Assembly (NCBI GenBank): GCA_963779615.1 | Contig: CAVZZA010000003.1 | Span: 288,001-352,000, forward strand | Direction: 5' to 3' | DNA: 64,000 nucleotides | Source of the DNA: an uncultured Nitrososphaeraceae archaeon | Lineage (GTDB): Archaea; Thermoproteota; Nitrososphaeria; Nitrososphaerales; Nitrososphaeraceae | Shown: piece after piece, positions 9,376 through 19,230 of the stretch | Position numbering within the stretch: the first letter of the stretch is position 1 | How the letters are laid out: each line of letters opens with the position of its first letter | The notes under the pieces: generated by a model | Told to the model about the DNA's origin: nothing | What the model saw: the letters and a program-made list of their open reading frames with translations, nothing else | The model's database searches: none | Program-made: the position numbers and the translations under genes

Positions 9376-10749
9376 TTGTTAGTGTTGAAAAAAACCAACA
9401 TAATTAATATCAAGAGTTTTCTTCTATTATCCCTAATAATAATAACACTGATTTCTTTATCTCATTTTCTCTCATTCACGTCATCACCACCATCATTCGC
9501 GCAGTCTACTGCCGGAAAAACCAGTCTGGAAAACAATCAAATCAAGGACAAACCATCCGCCAAAACACCATCGCCTGACTCAGACATTACTTCCAATATT
9601 TCACTAATACTAACACCTTCCCCAGACATAATTAATCCTACGGACAATCAAGATTTCCAGGTGCCTGAAGAGAATCTCAAAACAGGTGCTGGTAATGATA
9701 AAACGGCAGGAGCAGGAGGAGCAGCAGCAGAAAATAGCTATTTGAAAGACAATTCACTAATCACTCCCGGCAACCAGAACAAAACCAATAGCGGCTCGGG
9801 AACCTCAGAGACGACGATAAAGCCGTCTGTCATAACCCCAGCCAACTCCAAAAAAACTGCGTCAGCAGGAGAGCCAGCGACAGCAAACAGTTACTCAAAA
9901 GGTAAATCATTAATCACGGCCAGCAACCAGAACAAAACCAATAGCGGCTCGGGAACCTCAGAGACGACGATAAAGCCGTCTGTCATAACCCCAGCCAACG
10001 CCACAAACACCAGTGCAATAACCAATGGTACGGGCAAACAGGACGCCATTGGCAACAACAACAACAACAACACAGCAGCATCGCCAAACATCTATCCAAA
10101 TGGCAACCCAATAGGTACCAATGCAACGGACACCGCTGCTGCTGCCACCACGACCAACATTACCTCCAACATTACCGCCGCCAGCAACCAGAACAAAACC
10201 AATAGCGGCTCGGGAACCTCAGAGACGACGATAAAGCCGTCTGTCATAACCCCAGCCAACTCCACAAACACCAGTGCAATAACCAATGGTACGGGCAAAC
10301 AGGACGCCATTGGCAACAACAACAACAACAACAACACAACAGCATCGCCAAACATCTATCCAAATGGCAACCCAATAGGTACCAATGCAACGGACACCGC
10401 TGCTGCTGCCACCACGACCAACATTACCGCCGCCAGCAACCAGAACAAAACCAATAGCGGCTCGGGAACCTCAGAGACGACGATAAAGCCGTCTGTCATA
10501 ACCCCAGCCAACTCCACAAACACCAGTGCAATAACCAATGGTACGGGCAAACAGGACGCCATTGGCAACAACAACAACAAAACGATTAGCGATGCATCTT
10601 TAACAGGCAACAACAAAAGCTCACCTCAGGAAGCCAATACCAAAAACCCCGTCAAAGTTTCTAACTTGACATCCAATAAAACAAGTGAGCAAGGCTCATC
10701 AGCGTTTCCATGGTTGGACCAAATCTCAAAAATCCTGGGAGTCAAATAA
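9376..10749 (+). CDS. Secreted Asn/Thr/Ser-rich repeat protein (probable surface glycoprotein)
   Basis: Signal-peptide-like N-terminus, many N-x-S/T sequons, internal tandem duplications. Confidence 0.75.
   Translation: MLVLKKTNIINIKSFLLLSLIIITLISLSHFLSFTSSPPSFAQSTAGKTSLENNQIKDKPSAKTPSPDSDITSNISLILTPSPDIINPTDNQDFQVPEENLKTGAGNDKTAGAGGAAAENSYLKDNSLITPGNQNKTNSGSGTSETTIKPSVITPANSKKTASAGEPATANSYSKGKSLITASNQNKTNSGSGTSETTIKPSVITPANATNTSAITNGTGKQDAIGNNNNNNTAASPNIYPNGNPIGTNATDTAAAATTTNITSNITAASNQNKTNSGSGTSETTIKPSVITPANSTNTSAITNGTGKQDAIGNNNNNNNTTASPNIYPNGNPIGTNATDTAAAATTTNITAASNQNKTNSGSGTSETTIKPSVITPANSTNTSAITNGTGKQDAIGNNNNKTISDASLTGNNKSSPQEANTKNPVKVSNLTSNKTSEQGSSAFPWLDQISKILGVK
9770..10580 (+). repeat. 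Intragenic repeat array: four identical 77-bp cores (9770, 9923, 10184, 10436) within larger near-identical units of 261 and 252 bp
   Basis: GCAACCAGAACAAAACCAATAGCGGCTCGGGAACCTCAGAG...CCAGCCAAC occurs four times; (AAC)n tracts of 6, 7 and 4 copies. Confidence 0.95.
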
Positions 10750-10783
10750 TTTTAAGTCTTTTACACTAAAAAGGGTTTTATTA

Positions 10784-11125
10784 ATGAGTAACAAAAAAGA
10801 AAAAATCAGTTTCGTGGATTTTGAAAAGGTTGACCTTCAAGTTGGTAAAGTAATCAGTGTTGAAAGATTGAAGGGATATAGCAGGATTTTGAAGGTTACA
10901 GTAGACCTTGGTGATGAAAAGAGGGAAATAATGTCAGGCATAGCAAAACATTATTCGCCAGAGGAATTGGTTGACAAATCTGTCATAGTTTGTACAAATC
11001 TGGAGCCTAAAAAATTCGGGGAGAACACTTCCAATGGGATGATATTGGCGGCTGCCGAGAATGATAAGAAACCGGTTTTGTTAACTGTTTTAGAAGAGGT
11101 GGAACCAGGCTCCCCCATACTGTAA
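10784..11125 (+). CDS. tRNA-binding OB-fold protein (CsaA/Trbp111/MetRS C-terminal-like)
   Basis: ISFVDFEKVDLQVGKV...VDLG...IMSGIAKHY...NLEPKKFG..SNGMILAA. Confidence 0.9.
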   Translation: MSNKKEKISFVDFEKVDLQVGKVISVERLKGYSRILKVTVDLGDEKREIMSGIAKHYSPEELVDKSVIVCTNLEPKKFGENTSNGMILAAAENDKKPVLLTVLEEVEPGSPIL

Positions 11126-11154
11126 GTAGATATAAAAAACACTCTTAGACCATA

Positions 11155-11577
11155 CTATATTCTATCAAATCCATATTTTGACAGGATTTGTCTATCCATT
11201 TCCTGCTTCATTCTTGAAAATTCTTCATATTTTTTATTCCATTTCAATATAGATTTGTAGTGCTTTAACCCGGTAATCATCCAAATAAAGGAAATTATTA
11301 TGACCGCAGCCAGCATCAACAGCAAGGCAAGACCAAATTCCGTTTCAATAGCCAAAATCGCAAAAAAGGAAGGATTGAAAATAAGATATAAAGAAAGGAA
11401 GACTGCAAATGGGGCTAAAACCAATGCAGACAGGGATAAGCCAACTAAAGTTTTTTTGATCCGCATTACATTCTCAATAAAGTCATCCAATAGTTTTAAA
11501 ATGTCATGTCTTTCATAAACCTCATTTTCCTTATCAACTGGATTGTCATCCTTCATGTTAATACAAACAACGTACAT
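11155..11577 (-). CDS. Two-TM membrane protein
   Basis: Two hydrophobic helices with charged termini. Confidence 0.7.
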   Translation of the reverse strand: MYVVCINMKDDNPVDKENEVYERHDILKLLDDFIENVMRIKKTLVGLSLSALVLAPFAVFLSLYLIFNPSFFAILAIETEFGLALLLMLAAVIIISFIWMITGLKHYKSILKWNKKYEEFSRMKQEMDRQILSKYGFDRI

Positions 11578-11660
11578 GGTATGGAGTTATTTATACAATG
11601 ATTAACATAGTTATATTATCTAGTAGAATCTATCAGAAGCTAAAAATAGGTTGAAGATGA

Positions 11661-12008
11661 ATGCCTAACCCAGAAGAAACAACAGTGAATAAAGAGGTTG
11701 AAGCTGAAAAGATTAATGGTCTAATTAATGAGAAAAAGGTAAAAAAAATAGTTTTCACACCATCGAAAGTTGAGATATGGGAGGTCAAAAGCCACAAAAA
11801 TAACAACATTTACTGGGTCGACATAGAAACAAAATACTGCTCATGCAAGGGCTTTTACTATAATTTCACAAAAAAAACATGCTATCACATTAGCGCTGTG
11901 TCTACAGTGTTGTCACAAAACGCATATAAAATTGAATTGCTATCAGACAGTGAAATGAACGACTTTTTTAACAACCAAATAGACAATCTGATAAGCAACA
12001 ACTCATAA
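11661..12008 (+). CDS. SWIM zinc-finger protein
   Basis: YCSCKGF...CYHI (CxC-xn-CxH). Confidence 0.8.
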   Translation: MPNPEETTVNKEVEAEKINGLINEKKVKKIVFTPSKVEIWEVKSHKNNNIYWVDIETKYCSCKGFYYNFTKKTCYHISAVSTVLSQNAYKIELLSDSEMNDFFNNQIDNLISNNS

Positions 12009-12054
12009 ATCCACTAATTCCAATTTTATATAACAGAAATGAAATTAAAGACCT

Positions 12055-13353
12055 ATGTTTAATTATGAAAATGCACTAATTGTAGGATCTGGCGGAAGAG
12101 AACATGCTTTGGGCTGGAAGATTTCAAAAAGCAAAAAGGTAAAAAAAATTTATTATGCTGATGGAAATGGAGGCACATGTGAGAATATCCCAATTTTGCC
12201 AACCGAAATTGAAAAACTGGCAGAATTTGCGCGCCATAACAAATGCTTTACCATAGTGGGTCCAGAAATACCCCTATCTTTAGGAATAGTAGACTCATTT
12301 AGTTCTAAAGAATTACCAATCTTTGGCCCTTCAAAAAATGCATCATTATTAGAAACAAGTAAAAAACACTCAAAGAATTTCATGAAAAGCAATTCTATAC
12401 CAACTGCAGAGTTTCAAACATTTACGGACAGTACAAAAGCTATAGACTACATAAACAAAATAGGCCACGAGGTGGTTGTAAAAGCAGATGGCCTGGCATC
12501 AGGGAAAGGGGTTTTTGTAACAAACAATCAAAAAGAGGCGATCGAGGCTGTTGAATTGCTTTTAAACAAACAGATGTTTGGAAAGTCATCCGAGGAGATC
12601 ATCATAGAAAATAAAATCACCGGGGATGAGGTGTCCATTATTGCAATGTGTGATGGCAAGTCATTTACCACCCTTGAGCCATGTAAAGACCATAAAAGGG
12701 CTTTCGACAATGATACAGGTCCAAACACTGGAGGAATGGGCAGTTTCTCCCCGGTATCCGACATCAATGTCGAAGAAATTTATCAAATATCAAAAAAGAT
12801 TTTCCAACCCACATTGGACGGAATGATGAAAAATGGAAACCCATTTAATGGGTTTCTTTATGCGGGCCTAATGATAGAAAGCCAAACAAGAAAACCATAT
12901 GTTCTGGAGTTTAATGTAAGAATGGGGGACCCAGAATGCCAGCCCCTGATGATGAGAATGGAATCGGATCTTTTTGAATATATGGAGTCAATTGAGAGCA
13001 AATCAATTGATTCGATGAAACCAATTTCATGGAAAGAAAAACACTCTGTCTGTGTTGTTGTTGCCTCAAAAGGATATCCCGGAAAGTTCGAGACAGGTCA
13101 CACCATAAAAGGTCTGGACAGAGTGGATAAAGAAGGTTTGATGGTATTCCATGCAGGAACAAAATTAAGTTCTTCCAATGAATTGGTAACAAATGGTGGA
13201 CGTGTGCTTGGAGTTACCTCCTTAGGTAATACGCTTGAAGAAGCGATTGATAAATCTTATCGCAATGTTGGAAAAATAGTTTGGGGAAACAACCAACAGC
13301 AATACAGAAAGGATATCGCAATGAAAAGCCAATGTCAAATCAAGTCAGTATGA
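12055..13353 (+). CDS. purD: Phosphoribosylamine-glycine ligase
   Basis: GSGGREHAL, VVKADGLASGKGV, GPNTGGMG, EFNVRMGDPE, TNGGRVL. Confidence 0.97.
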   Translation: MFNYENALIVGSGGREHALGWKISKSKKVKKIYYADGNGGTCENIPILPTEIEKLAEFARHNKCFTIVGPEIPLSLGIVDSFSSKELPIFGPSKNASLLETSKKHSKNFMKSNSIPTAEFQTFTDSTKAIDYINKIGHEVVVKADGLASGKGVFVTNNQKEAIEAVELLLNKQMFGKSSEEIIIENKITGDEVSIIAMCDGKSFTTLEPCKDHKRAFDNDTGPNTGGMGSFSPVSDINVEEIYQISKKIFQPTLDGMMKNGNPFNGFLYAGLMIESQTRKPYVLEFNVRMGDPECQPLMMRMESDLFEYMESIESKSIDSMKPISWKEKHSVCVVVASKGYPGKFETGHTIKGLDRVDKEGLMVFHAGTKLSSSNELVTNGGRVLGVTSLGNTLEEAIDKSYRNVGKIVWGNNQQQYRKDIAMKSQCQIKSV

Positions 13354-13906
13354 CTTCTTTGTTTGTAATCAAGGCATCCAATTTGACATCATGTGACTCA
13401 TATGGTATAGGCTCTGACATTAATTGGAATTCATATCCAAGCCCCACCTTTCTGCTGTTTTGTTTTGAAAATTGCTTTAGGTACCTATCGTAGTATCCTT
13501 TGCCATAACCTATCCTATAACCACACCTATCAAAGGCTATTCCGGGAGTAATCACGGTATCGATCTCTTCACAGATGTTATCTTTATTTAATAGTGGTTC
13601 TTTTATGTTGAAACTACCAGTCTCCAGATCATTTAGGGTAGTAATTGAGAAAAAAACAATTTTTCCACCCAACAATTTTGGAAGGCAAACCGTCTTTTTC
13701 ACCAGCAAACACTCACGGATTATCCTAAATGTTTGTACTTCATTTAATATAGGATAGTACGCTCCTATAACCCTGCTTTTTGAGAAAAAAAACGAATTTA
13801 GAAAGTTTTCTTGGGCATGCCAGCTCTTGATAAATGCATCAATTGGAGAAAGGTTCTGCCTTAGTGATAGGATCTTATTTTTTAAAGGCTCCTTGCTGCT
13901 CTTCAA
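13340..13906 (-). CDS. 5-formyltetrahydrofolate cyclo-ligase
   Basis: PGIAFDRCGYRIGYGKGYYDRYL; HDVKLD. Confidence 0.93.
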   Translation of the reverse strand: MKSSKEPLKNKILSLRQNLSPIDAFIKSWHAQENFLNSFFFSKSRVIGAYYPILNEVQTFRIIRECLLVKKTVCLPKLLGGKIVFFSITTLNDLETGSFNIKEPLLNKDNICEEIDTVITPGIAFDRCGYRIGYGKGYYDRYLKQFSKQNSRKVGLGYEFQLMSEPIPYESHDVKLDALITNKEVILT

Positions 13907-13913
13907 TTTGCTA

Positions 13914-14771
13914 CTAGATGTAGTTTAAAATTTTGGCCGCCTGAACAGTGTTTTTCAATAGCATGGCAATAGTCATGGGTCCCACCCCGCCTGGAACAGG
14001 AGTTATGAATGCTGCCTTTTCCTTAACTTCATCAAAATCTACGTCCCCCATTAATTTACCATCAACTCTGCTGGTACCTACATCAATAACTACAGAGTTT
14101 TCCTTTATCATGTTTTTTGTTATCTTAAATCTGCTTCTATCACCAACGGCAGTTATGACTATGTCAGAGGATTGTAAAAAATGATCAAGGTTTTTTGTAT
14201 GGGAGTGGCAGACAATAACCGTGGAATTTTTTTCCAACAATAGAAAAGACAAAGGTTTGCCAACCAAGTTGCTTCTATTGACAATTGCAACAGTGGCGCC
14301 ATCCAAATCAATACCATAATATTCCAACAATTTCATTACACCCATGGGTGTGCATGGCATTAATTTGGATTTGTTGTGAAACAATAAACCAGAATTTAAA
14401 AATGTCAATCCATCCACATCTTTGCTTGGGTTGACAAGGTTTAGGGTATGGAATTTATCCAGGTGTTTTTGGAGTGGTAACTGAATTAGTATTCCATGAA
14501 CGCTTTGGTCCTTGTTTAATCCATCTATTAAATCATACAGTTCCTGTTGTTTTATCTTCTCGTCTACCCTATAATCAAGGGTTTTAATTCCTATCGTTTT
14601 GGCGGTTTTTTGCTTATTGTTGATATAGGAAATTGACGGGGGGTCGTTTCCAACAAGAATGGTCGCCAAGCACGGGTATACATTATTTTCAGCTAGTCTT
14701 GATATCTCCGTCTTCAAATCATGTTTCACAGAATTTGAGACCATAATTCCATCCAATAGTGTGGCTGTCAA
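13914..14771 (-). CDS. folD: Methylenetetrahydrofolate dehydrogenase/cyclohydrolase
   Basis: GILIQLPL, KDVDG, PCTP, RSNLVGKP, ITPVPGGVGPMTIAML. Confidence 0.97.
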   Translation of the reverse strand: MTATLLDGIMVSNSVKHDLKTEISRLAENNVYPCLATILVGNDPPSISYINNKQKTAKTIGIKTLDYRVDEKIKQQELYDLIDGLNKDQSVHGILIQLPLQKHLDKFHTLNLVNPSKDVDGLTFLNSGLLFHNKSKLMPCTPMGVMKLLEYYGIDLDGATVAIVNRSNLVGKPLSFLLLEKNSTVIVCHSHTKNLDHFLQSSDIVITAVGDRSRFKITKNMIKENSVVIDVGTSRVDGKLMGDVDFDEVKEKAAFITPVPGGVGPMTIAMLLKNTVQAAKILNYI

Positions 14772-14868
14772 TATTTTATCAGGGGTTAAGTTATAGGGTA
14801 TTTTAATTTATTTGAACCACCAAATTTAATTTTAATAGGTAAAATAAAAATATGCGGGTAAAAATAAA

Positions 14869-15681
14869 CTATTTTACCTTGATTTTTGGTGATTCAGGTG
14901 CTTGTTGTAGCTTATCCAGGGCAACCTCCGCAGCCTTTTTACCGGATAACAGCATTGAACCAAATGTAGGGCCCATTCTGGGCAATCCAAAAGTTTCAGT
15001 TACGGACATTCCGGCAGCAATTAGCCCAGGGTACACCTCACCCGTATAGTTAACTACTGCATCTTCGCCGCCTTCTACCCACATTGGATTCATGCCTTTC
15101 CATTCAACCAATCCTCGTTCCATTAAGCGCTTTACAGCCACCGAATCATGACCTGTTGCGTCAATGACAATTTTACTTTCAAATGCCACAGGGTCGACAC
15201 ATGTGATATTTCTGGGTAATGCAGAAACAGGCATCCAATTGATTACCACACCACAGACTTTCTTATTTTTTAGTACCAAATCATCAAATTTTGTCAATTG
15301 CAGGAATCTGACACCAGCGTCACAGGCAGACGATATAAGTTTAGAGCAGGCGTTTGGTCCCCATGTTGCATAAAGGTTTTCGTTAACCTTTCTGTATGGA
15401 ACTCCCAATTCGTCCCATATTTTTTGTGCGGGTGCCCTAACGGTTACCGGATTCATCATATACCCTCCAACCCAGTATCCACCACCTAGGTAATTATTTT
15501 GCTCCACAATCAGTGTTTTAACGCCTTGTTTGGCAAGGTCTCTTCCTGCTATCAATCCTGACGGTCCGCCACCCAATATGATAACATCAGAATCACTATA
15601 TTCCTGAATAGTTTCAAAAAACATTGAAGCAATTGAACGAGTAATCTCCTTCTCGCTTACATCAGCAAAAATTTTTTCCAT
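14869..15681 (-). CDS. thi4: Thiazole synthase Thi4 (Cys-type)
   Basis: GGGPSGL, GGGYWVGG, ITCVDP, DATGHD, PRMGPTFGSMLLSG. Confidence 0.95.
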   Translation of the reverse strand: MEKIFADVSEKEITRSIASMFFETIQEYSDSDVIILGGGPSGLIAGRDLAKQGVKTLIVEQNNYLGGGYWVGGYMMNPVTVRAPAQKIWDELGVPYRKVNENLYATWGPNACSKLISSACDAGVRFLQLTKFDDLVLKNKKVCGVVINWMPVSALPRNITCVDPVAFESKIVIDATGHDSVAVKRLMERGLVEWKGMNPMWVEGGEDAVVNYTGEVYPGLIAAGMSVTETFGLPRMGPTFGSMLLSGKKAAEVALDKLQQAPESPKIKVK

Positions 15682-15761
15682 ATGTAATTGTCGTTTACGT
15701 AATATTAATACATTTTTGGAGCCTCTAAAGAATAAATTACCTAAAATCTAAAAGCTAAAGG

Positions 15762-16322
15762 ATGAAAAACACGAAAAAAGGCCTAGTTTTTGTTTTACCG
15801 TATATCTATATTTTTCTATTTTTGGCAACAGTTTCATCAGCAATAAACTACGTTAATGCACAGCATCATGGCGCCCCCCCACCTTATGCTGCCATAGGAG
15901 ACAGAAACATTAAGATGAACTTTATAAGCGAACCATCTACCATAGTTCCAGGTCAGAATTCTCAATTAAAGATGTCACTTACGGATTTAAATTCAGGGAA
16001 AAAGATACAGCATGTCACATACAGAATAACCATAAGCAAGGACAACCAAACCAAAGTTTCTGATTTTTTTCACTCACATAGAGGAGACCTGGCAATATCA
16101 TCAGGGAACGCGAATTCTACAAACATAGGGGTGGAAGGAACATTTGACACTTTAACTAATGCCATTATACCTGATCCTTCAGGAAATGTAGAGATCACAG
16201 GGCCACTATTCTCAGCACCGGGCTCATACAGGGCTGACACAGAAATAATCACAATAGACAACGATAAAACGGATCTATCAACCCCCTTGGAATACCAATT
16301 TGACATTGATGTGAAAAAATAA
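15762..16322 (+). CDS. Secreted protein with His motifs (possible metal binding)
   Basis: Signal peptide ending AQHHG; IQHVTY and FFHSHRG. Confidence 0.65.
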   Translation: MKNTKKGLVFVLPYIYIFLFLATVSSAINYVNAQHHGAPPPYAAIGDRNIKMNFISEPSTIVPGQNSQLKMSLTDLNSGKKIQHVTYRITISKDNQTKVSDFFHSHRGDLAISSGNANSTNIGVEGTFDTLTNAIIPDPSGNVEITGPLFSAPGSYRADTEIITIDNDKTDLSTPLEYQFDIDVKK

Positions 16323-16960
16323 AAAATGCATTAGTAACCTCATTTGCCATTCTCATTTGCCATTTCATTCTTTCAGCATTACCCATTAATAAAACAGTAA
16401 CTTTTTTTTGCGACACCCCCAAAAACAAAACAATAAGAAAAATAGTTGTGTCCACCCGTAAACCCGTAAAATACCCTAGTTACTTTTATCGGTAATTCCC
16501 GATCAAAACAAATGATATTTTTATCGTTATTTTTGTCTTGATGAAATACCAAATAAAACAACTAATATGCATGCTTTTACATAAAATCAAAATTGCAAAT
16601 AACACCTAAAACAAATGGGATAACATATAAAAAGGCCAATTCCACTTCCCCCACTGTCAATGCAGAATCAGGCGCACACAAAACACACAATTAATGACCA
16701 TTAGATTATGTAAAAGCAAATTTCAAACCTGGCACTTTACTCACCCAGCAGAAATACCAATAACCTGTTAAACCATTTTTTGCATCAGATTTAAAATAAG
16801 TTTAATAAATTATCAGCAGTAAAAGAAATAGATGAAGGAGAGAAAATGCGCCCTTTGTAATAATAGTTTGCAAGGCAAGTCATTAACAAGTTTATGCAAC
16901 GATTGCCTAAAACATGCTGATTGCTGCACAGGATTAGAAAAGATAGAGGGCCTTTAATGA

Positions 16961-17521
16961 TTAGGTAAGTTCAACTATTTTTAAGGTATCAGTCAAAGTT
17001 ATTATTCCTACCACATTACCCTTTTCACCCACCAAAACGCATTTAGCAAAACGAACCAAGGAAACAAGTGCTTTTGCAGGGGTTGAGGCATCCACTAAGG
17101 GTGGGGGGGGCTCCATAACGGAAACTATCTTTACCAAATGAATATCCTTGCCACTATGCTCAACCATTATTTTTGCAAGATTATCCTCTGTCAATATACC
17201 CACAAGCCGGGAACCCTCAAACACAGGCAGCTGACTGATACTATGATCACGCATTTTATGGATTGCCGCGCTCAATGATTCCTCGCTTTGAATGGTGATC
17301 AAATCTTTATTGCAAATATCCCCTGCTTTGATTGATGCATTGCTTTCGATGGACAACAATATCTCAAAAATTCTCTTGGCAGTATCGTAACTTGGTTTAC
17401 ACCTACCAGACTCAATCTGGTTGATCATTGAAGTGCTCACGCCACATAGGAGCGCCAATTTTCTTTGGGTAACCCCTAATTTTAAACGGGATTGCTTAAT
17501 ATAGTCCAGTCGGGGCAACAT
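16961..17521 (-). CDS. XRE-HTH plus CBS-pair transcriptional regulator
   Basis: RLKLGVTQRKLA...INQIESGRCKPSY followed by SQLPV...GILTE CBS domains. Confidence 0.92.
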   Translation of the reverse strand: MLPRLDYIKQSRLKLGVTQRKLALLCGVSTSMINQIESGRCKPSYDTAKRIFEILLSIESNASIKAGDICNKDLITIQSEESLSAAIHKMRDHSISQLPVFEGSRLVGILTEDNLAKIMVEHSGKDIHLVKIVSVMEPPPPLVDASTPAKALVSLVRFAKCVLVGEKGNVVGIITLTDTLKIVELT

Positions 17522-17650
17522 TATAGCTTGTTCATCATTATCACTGTCTTTGTTGTAATTTAATATTTTATTTTTAACTAATTTACAATATTTGGCATAT
17601 TTTCATCAAAGCGATTACCCATATTTTTTTTTAAAAGGCTGTTTTTTCAA

Positions 17651-17725
17651 TGCGACGGCCGGGATTTGAACCCGGGTTACCAGATTGGCAATCTGATGTC
17701 CTAGACCAAACTGGACGACCGTCGC
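17651..17725 (-). tRNA. tRNA-Gly(GCC), intronless
   Basis: GCGACGG acceptor stem, anticodon arm TCAGA-TTGCCAA-TCTGG, GGTTCAAATCC T-loop. Confidence 0.96.
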
Positions 17726-17790
17726 TTTGACAATTTTATTGATAATAAGGCTATTTTAACTATGTGTTTAATGACCTAATTGATTTATAT

Positions 17791-18051
17791 TTACAAGTCC
17801 ACTTCATGGGTCGGTTCCAAAATTTTTTCGGTACCTGTAGGCTTCTTCATAACATTGTACTCTTCAAACAAAGTGTCCAGAGTGTCCTTTTTTACAAAAA
17901 ACTCTTTCTCAATAAAATCTGTATCTTGATTATCACTATACTCCCTGATTAAAACCTTAAAAACACCCTTTTTTATTTCTCTAACTAAAAAATCTGCATT
18001 CTCACCTTCATAATTAAAATAGGTCACATATTCAGATATAGGTACTTCCAA
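17791..18051 (-). CDS. Hypothetical protein
   Basis: 86-aa acidic ORF, protein-like. Confidence 0.6.
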   Translation of the reverse strand: MEVPISEYVTYFNYEGENADFLVREIKKGVFKVLIREYSDNQDTDFIEKEFFVKKDTLDTLFEEYNVMKKPTGTEKILEPTHEVDL

Positions 18052-18202
18052 TTTCTCCCAAATAAGGTCAAAAATTAACTAATATTAGTGTATCAAATTT
18101 TCAATGAAAAGACATGTATCAACATTTTACAACTGTCGTCATAATGCCCAATCAACTCTGTGTATCTTGAAATTTTAAATAGTCAGCAAAAGAAATAGCC
18201 TT

Positions 18203-18619
18203 ATGCATAAGAAATATGCTGACAAGACCCCAATGGTATTAGTAGCCGGTTCTTGCTTAGACTTTCACAAAGAAAGGGATGCAATCATGGATCTTATTGG
18301 GGAACTCGAATGGGGCGCTCACTATCACTCAAAATGCGAGTGTTCGTCTGATGGCAAAAAAGTCATGGGTTGGGATTTTTTTCATATTTACATAGAAACA
18401 GACTTTATTATGGAACTAACTCAAATTCATCCAAAAATACGAAAGGAAGAGGGCAATATGGTTGAACAGCAATTTGTATTATGGTTAGAAAAACAATTCA
18501 AAAAAAGGAAAAAGAATTATTATCTAAAACTTGTGGAAATTCCTTTTGACCAATCTAAAGGATTCAGGCTAAATCCTGAACATTATAGAAACGAAGAGAC
18601 TTTATGGGATTTAAGGTGA
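18203..18619 (+). CDS. Hypothetical protein
   Basis: 138-aa ORF with a TTTTAAATA box upstream. Confidence 0.7.
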   Translation: MHKKYADKTPMVLVAGSCLDFHKERDAIMDLIGELEWGAHYHSKCECSSDGKKVMGWDFFHIYIETDFIMELTQIHPKIRKEEGNMVEQQFVLWLEKQFKKRKKNYYLKLVEIPFDQSKGFRLNPEHYRNEETLWDLR

Positions 18620-19040
18620 CCAAATTTATTCCAATTTTTTGTATAGCGATGTAATTTGCCCATCCGTTGTTGTTCTAGTTTCCTTATCAGAAACATAAAA
18701 TGATCTAATGGCTCTAAAAAGTCAAGGATTTTACAGAATGTTTTTAATCAGATGAATAGTTTTGTATCTTACCATACAAACAATTTGGGAAAGTGAACTT
18801 AATTTTAGTATCCAAATCAAATTTTTGTTCGACCATTACGATTAACACGTTACACACAAATAATTTTTTTCTTCACTGCCTCTTTCATCTTCTTCTTTTC
18901 TGGTTTTTGCTTTTGTGATTTTACATCAAGCTCCAGGTCTGCGCATACATGGTTTCGCTCATAAAAAAAGAAACATCCTTTTCGACACACTTTTGGTCGA
19001 GGTAAAAACTTCAAGCATAGCCCATAACCAGCAGATTCGT

Positions 19041-19105
19041 AGGGTGGAGGGAAAAAGGAGGGTGGAGGGAAAAAGGAGGGTGGAGGGAAAAAGGAGGGTG
19101 GAGGG
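19041..19105 (+). repeat. G-rich 18-bp tandem repeat (AGGGTGGAGGGAAAAAGG) x3.6
   Basis: Read directly from the sequence. Confidence 0.95.
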
Positions 19106-19230
19106 AGAGGGAGATCATGCGGATTGGATCATGAGGAAAACATGGCATATTTAAGATATGAGCTGCAGCAGGTAAAGGGTTTGTGAATCCATGTTTTAAA
19201 TATAAACGCCTTTAGATAAATTGTAATAAA

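Noticed and set aside
9770-10580. Regularly recurring repeats as a CRISPR array
   Set aside because: Repeats are 77 bp or longer, in frame within a CDS, intervening sequences are duplicated rather than unique, and there are no cas genes.
18915-19154. ORF with RRVEGK repeats
   Set aside because: Most likely a by-product of the 18-bp DNA repeat; no other coding signal.
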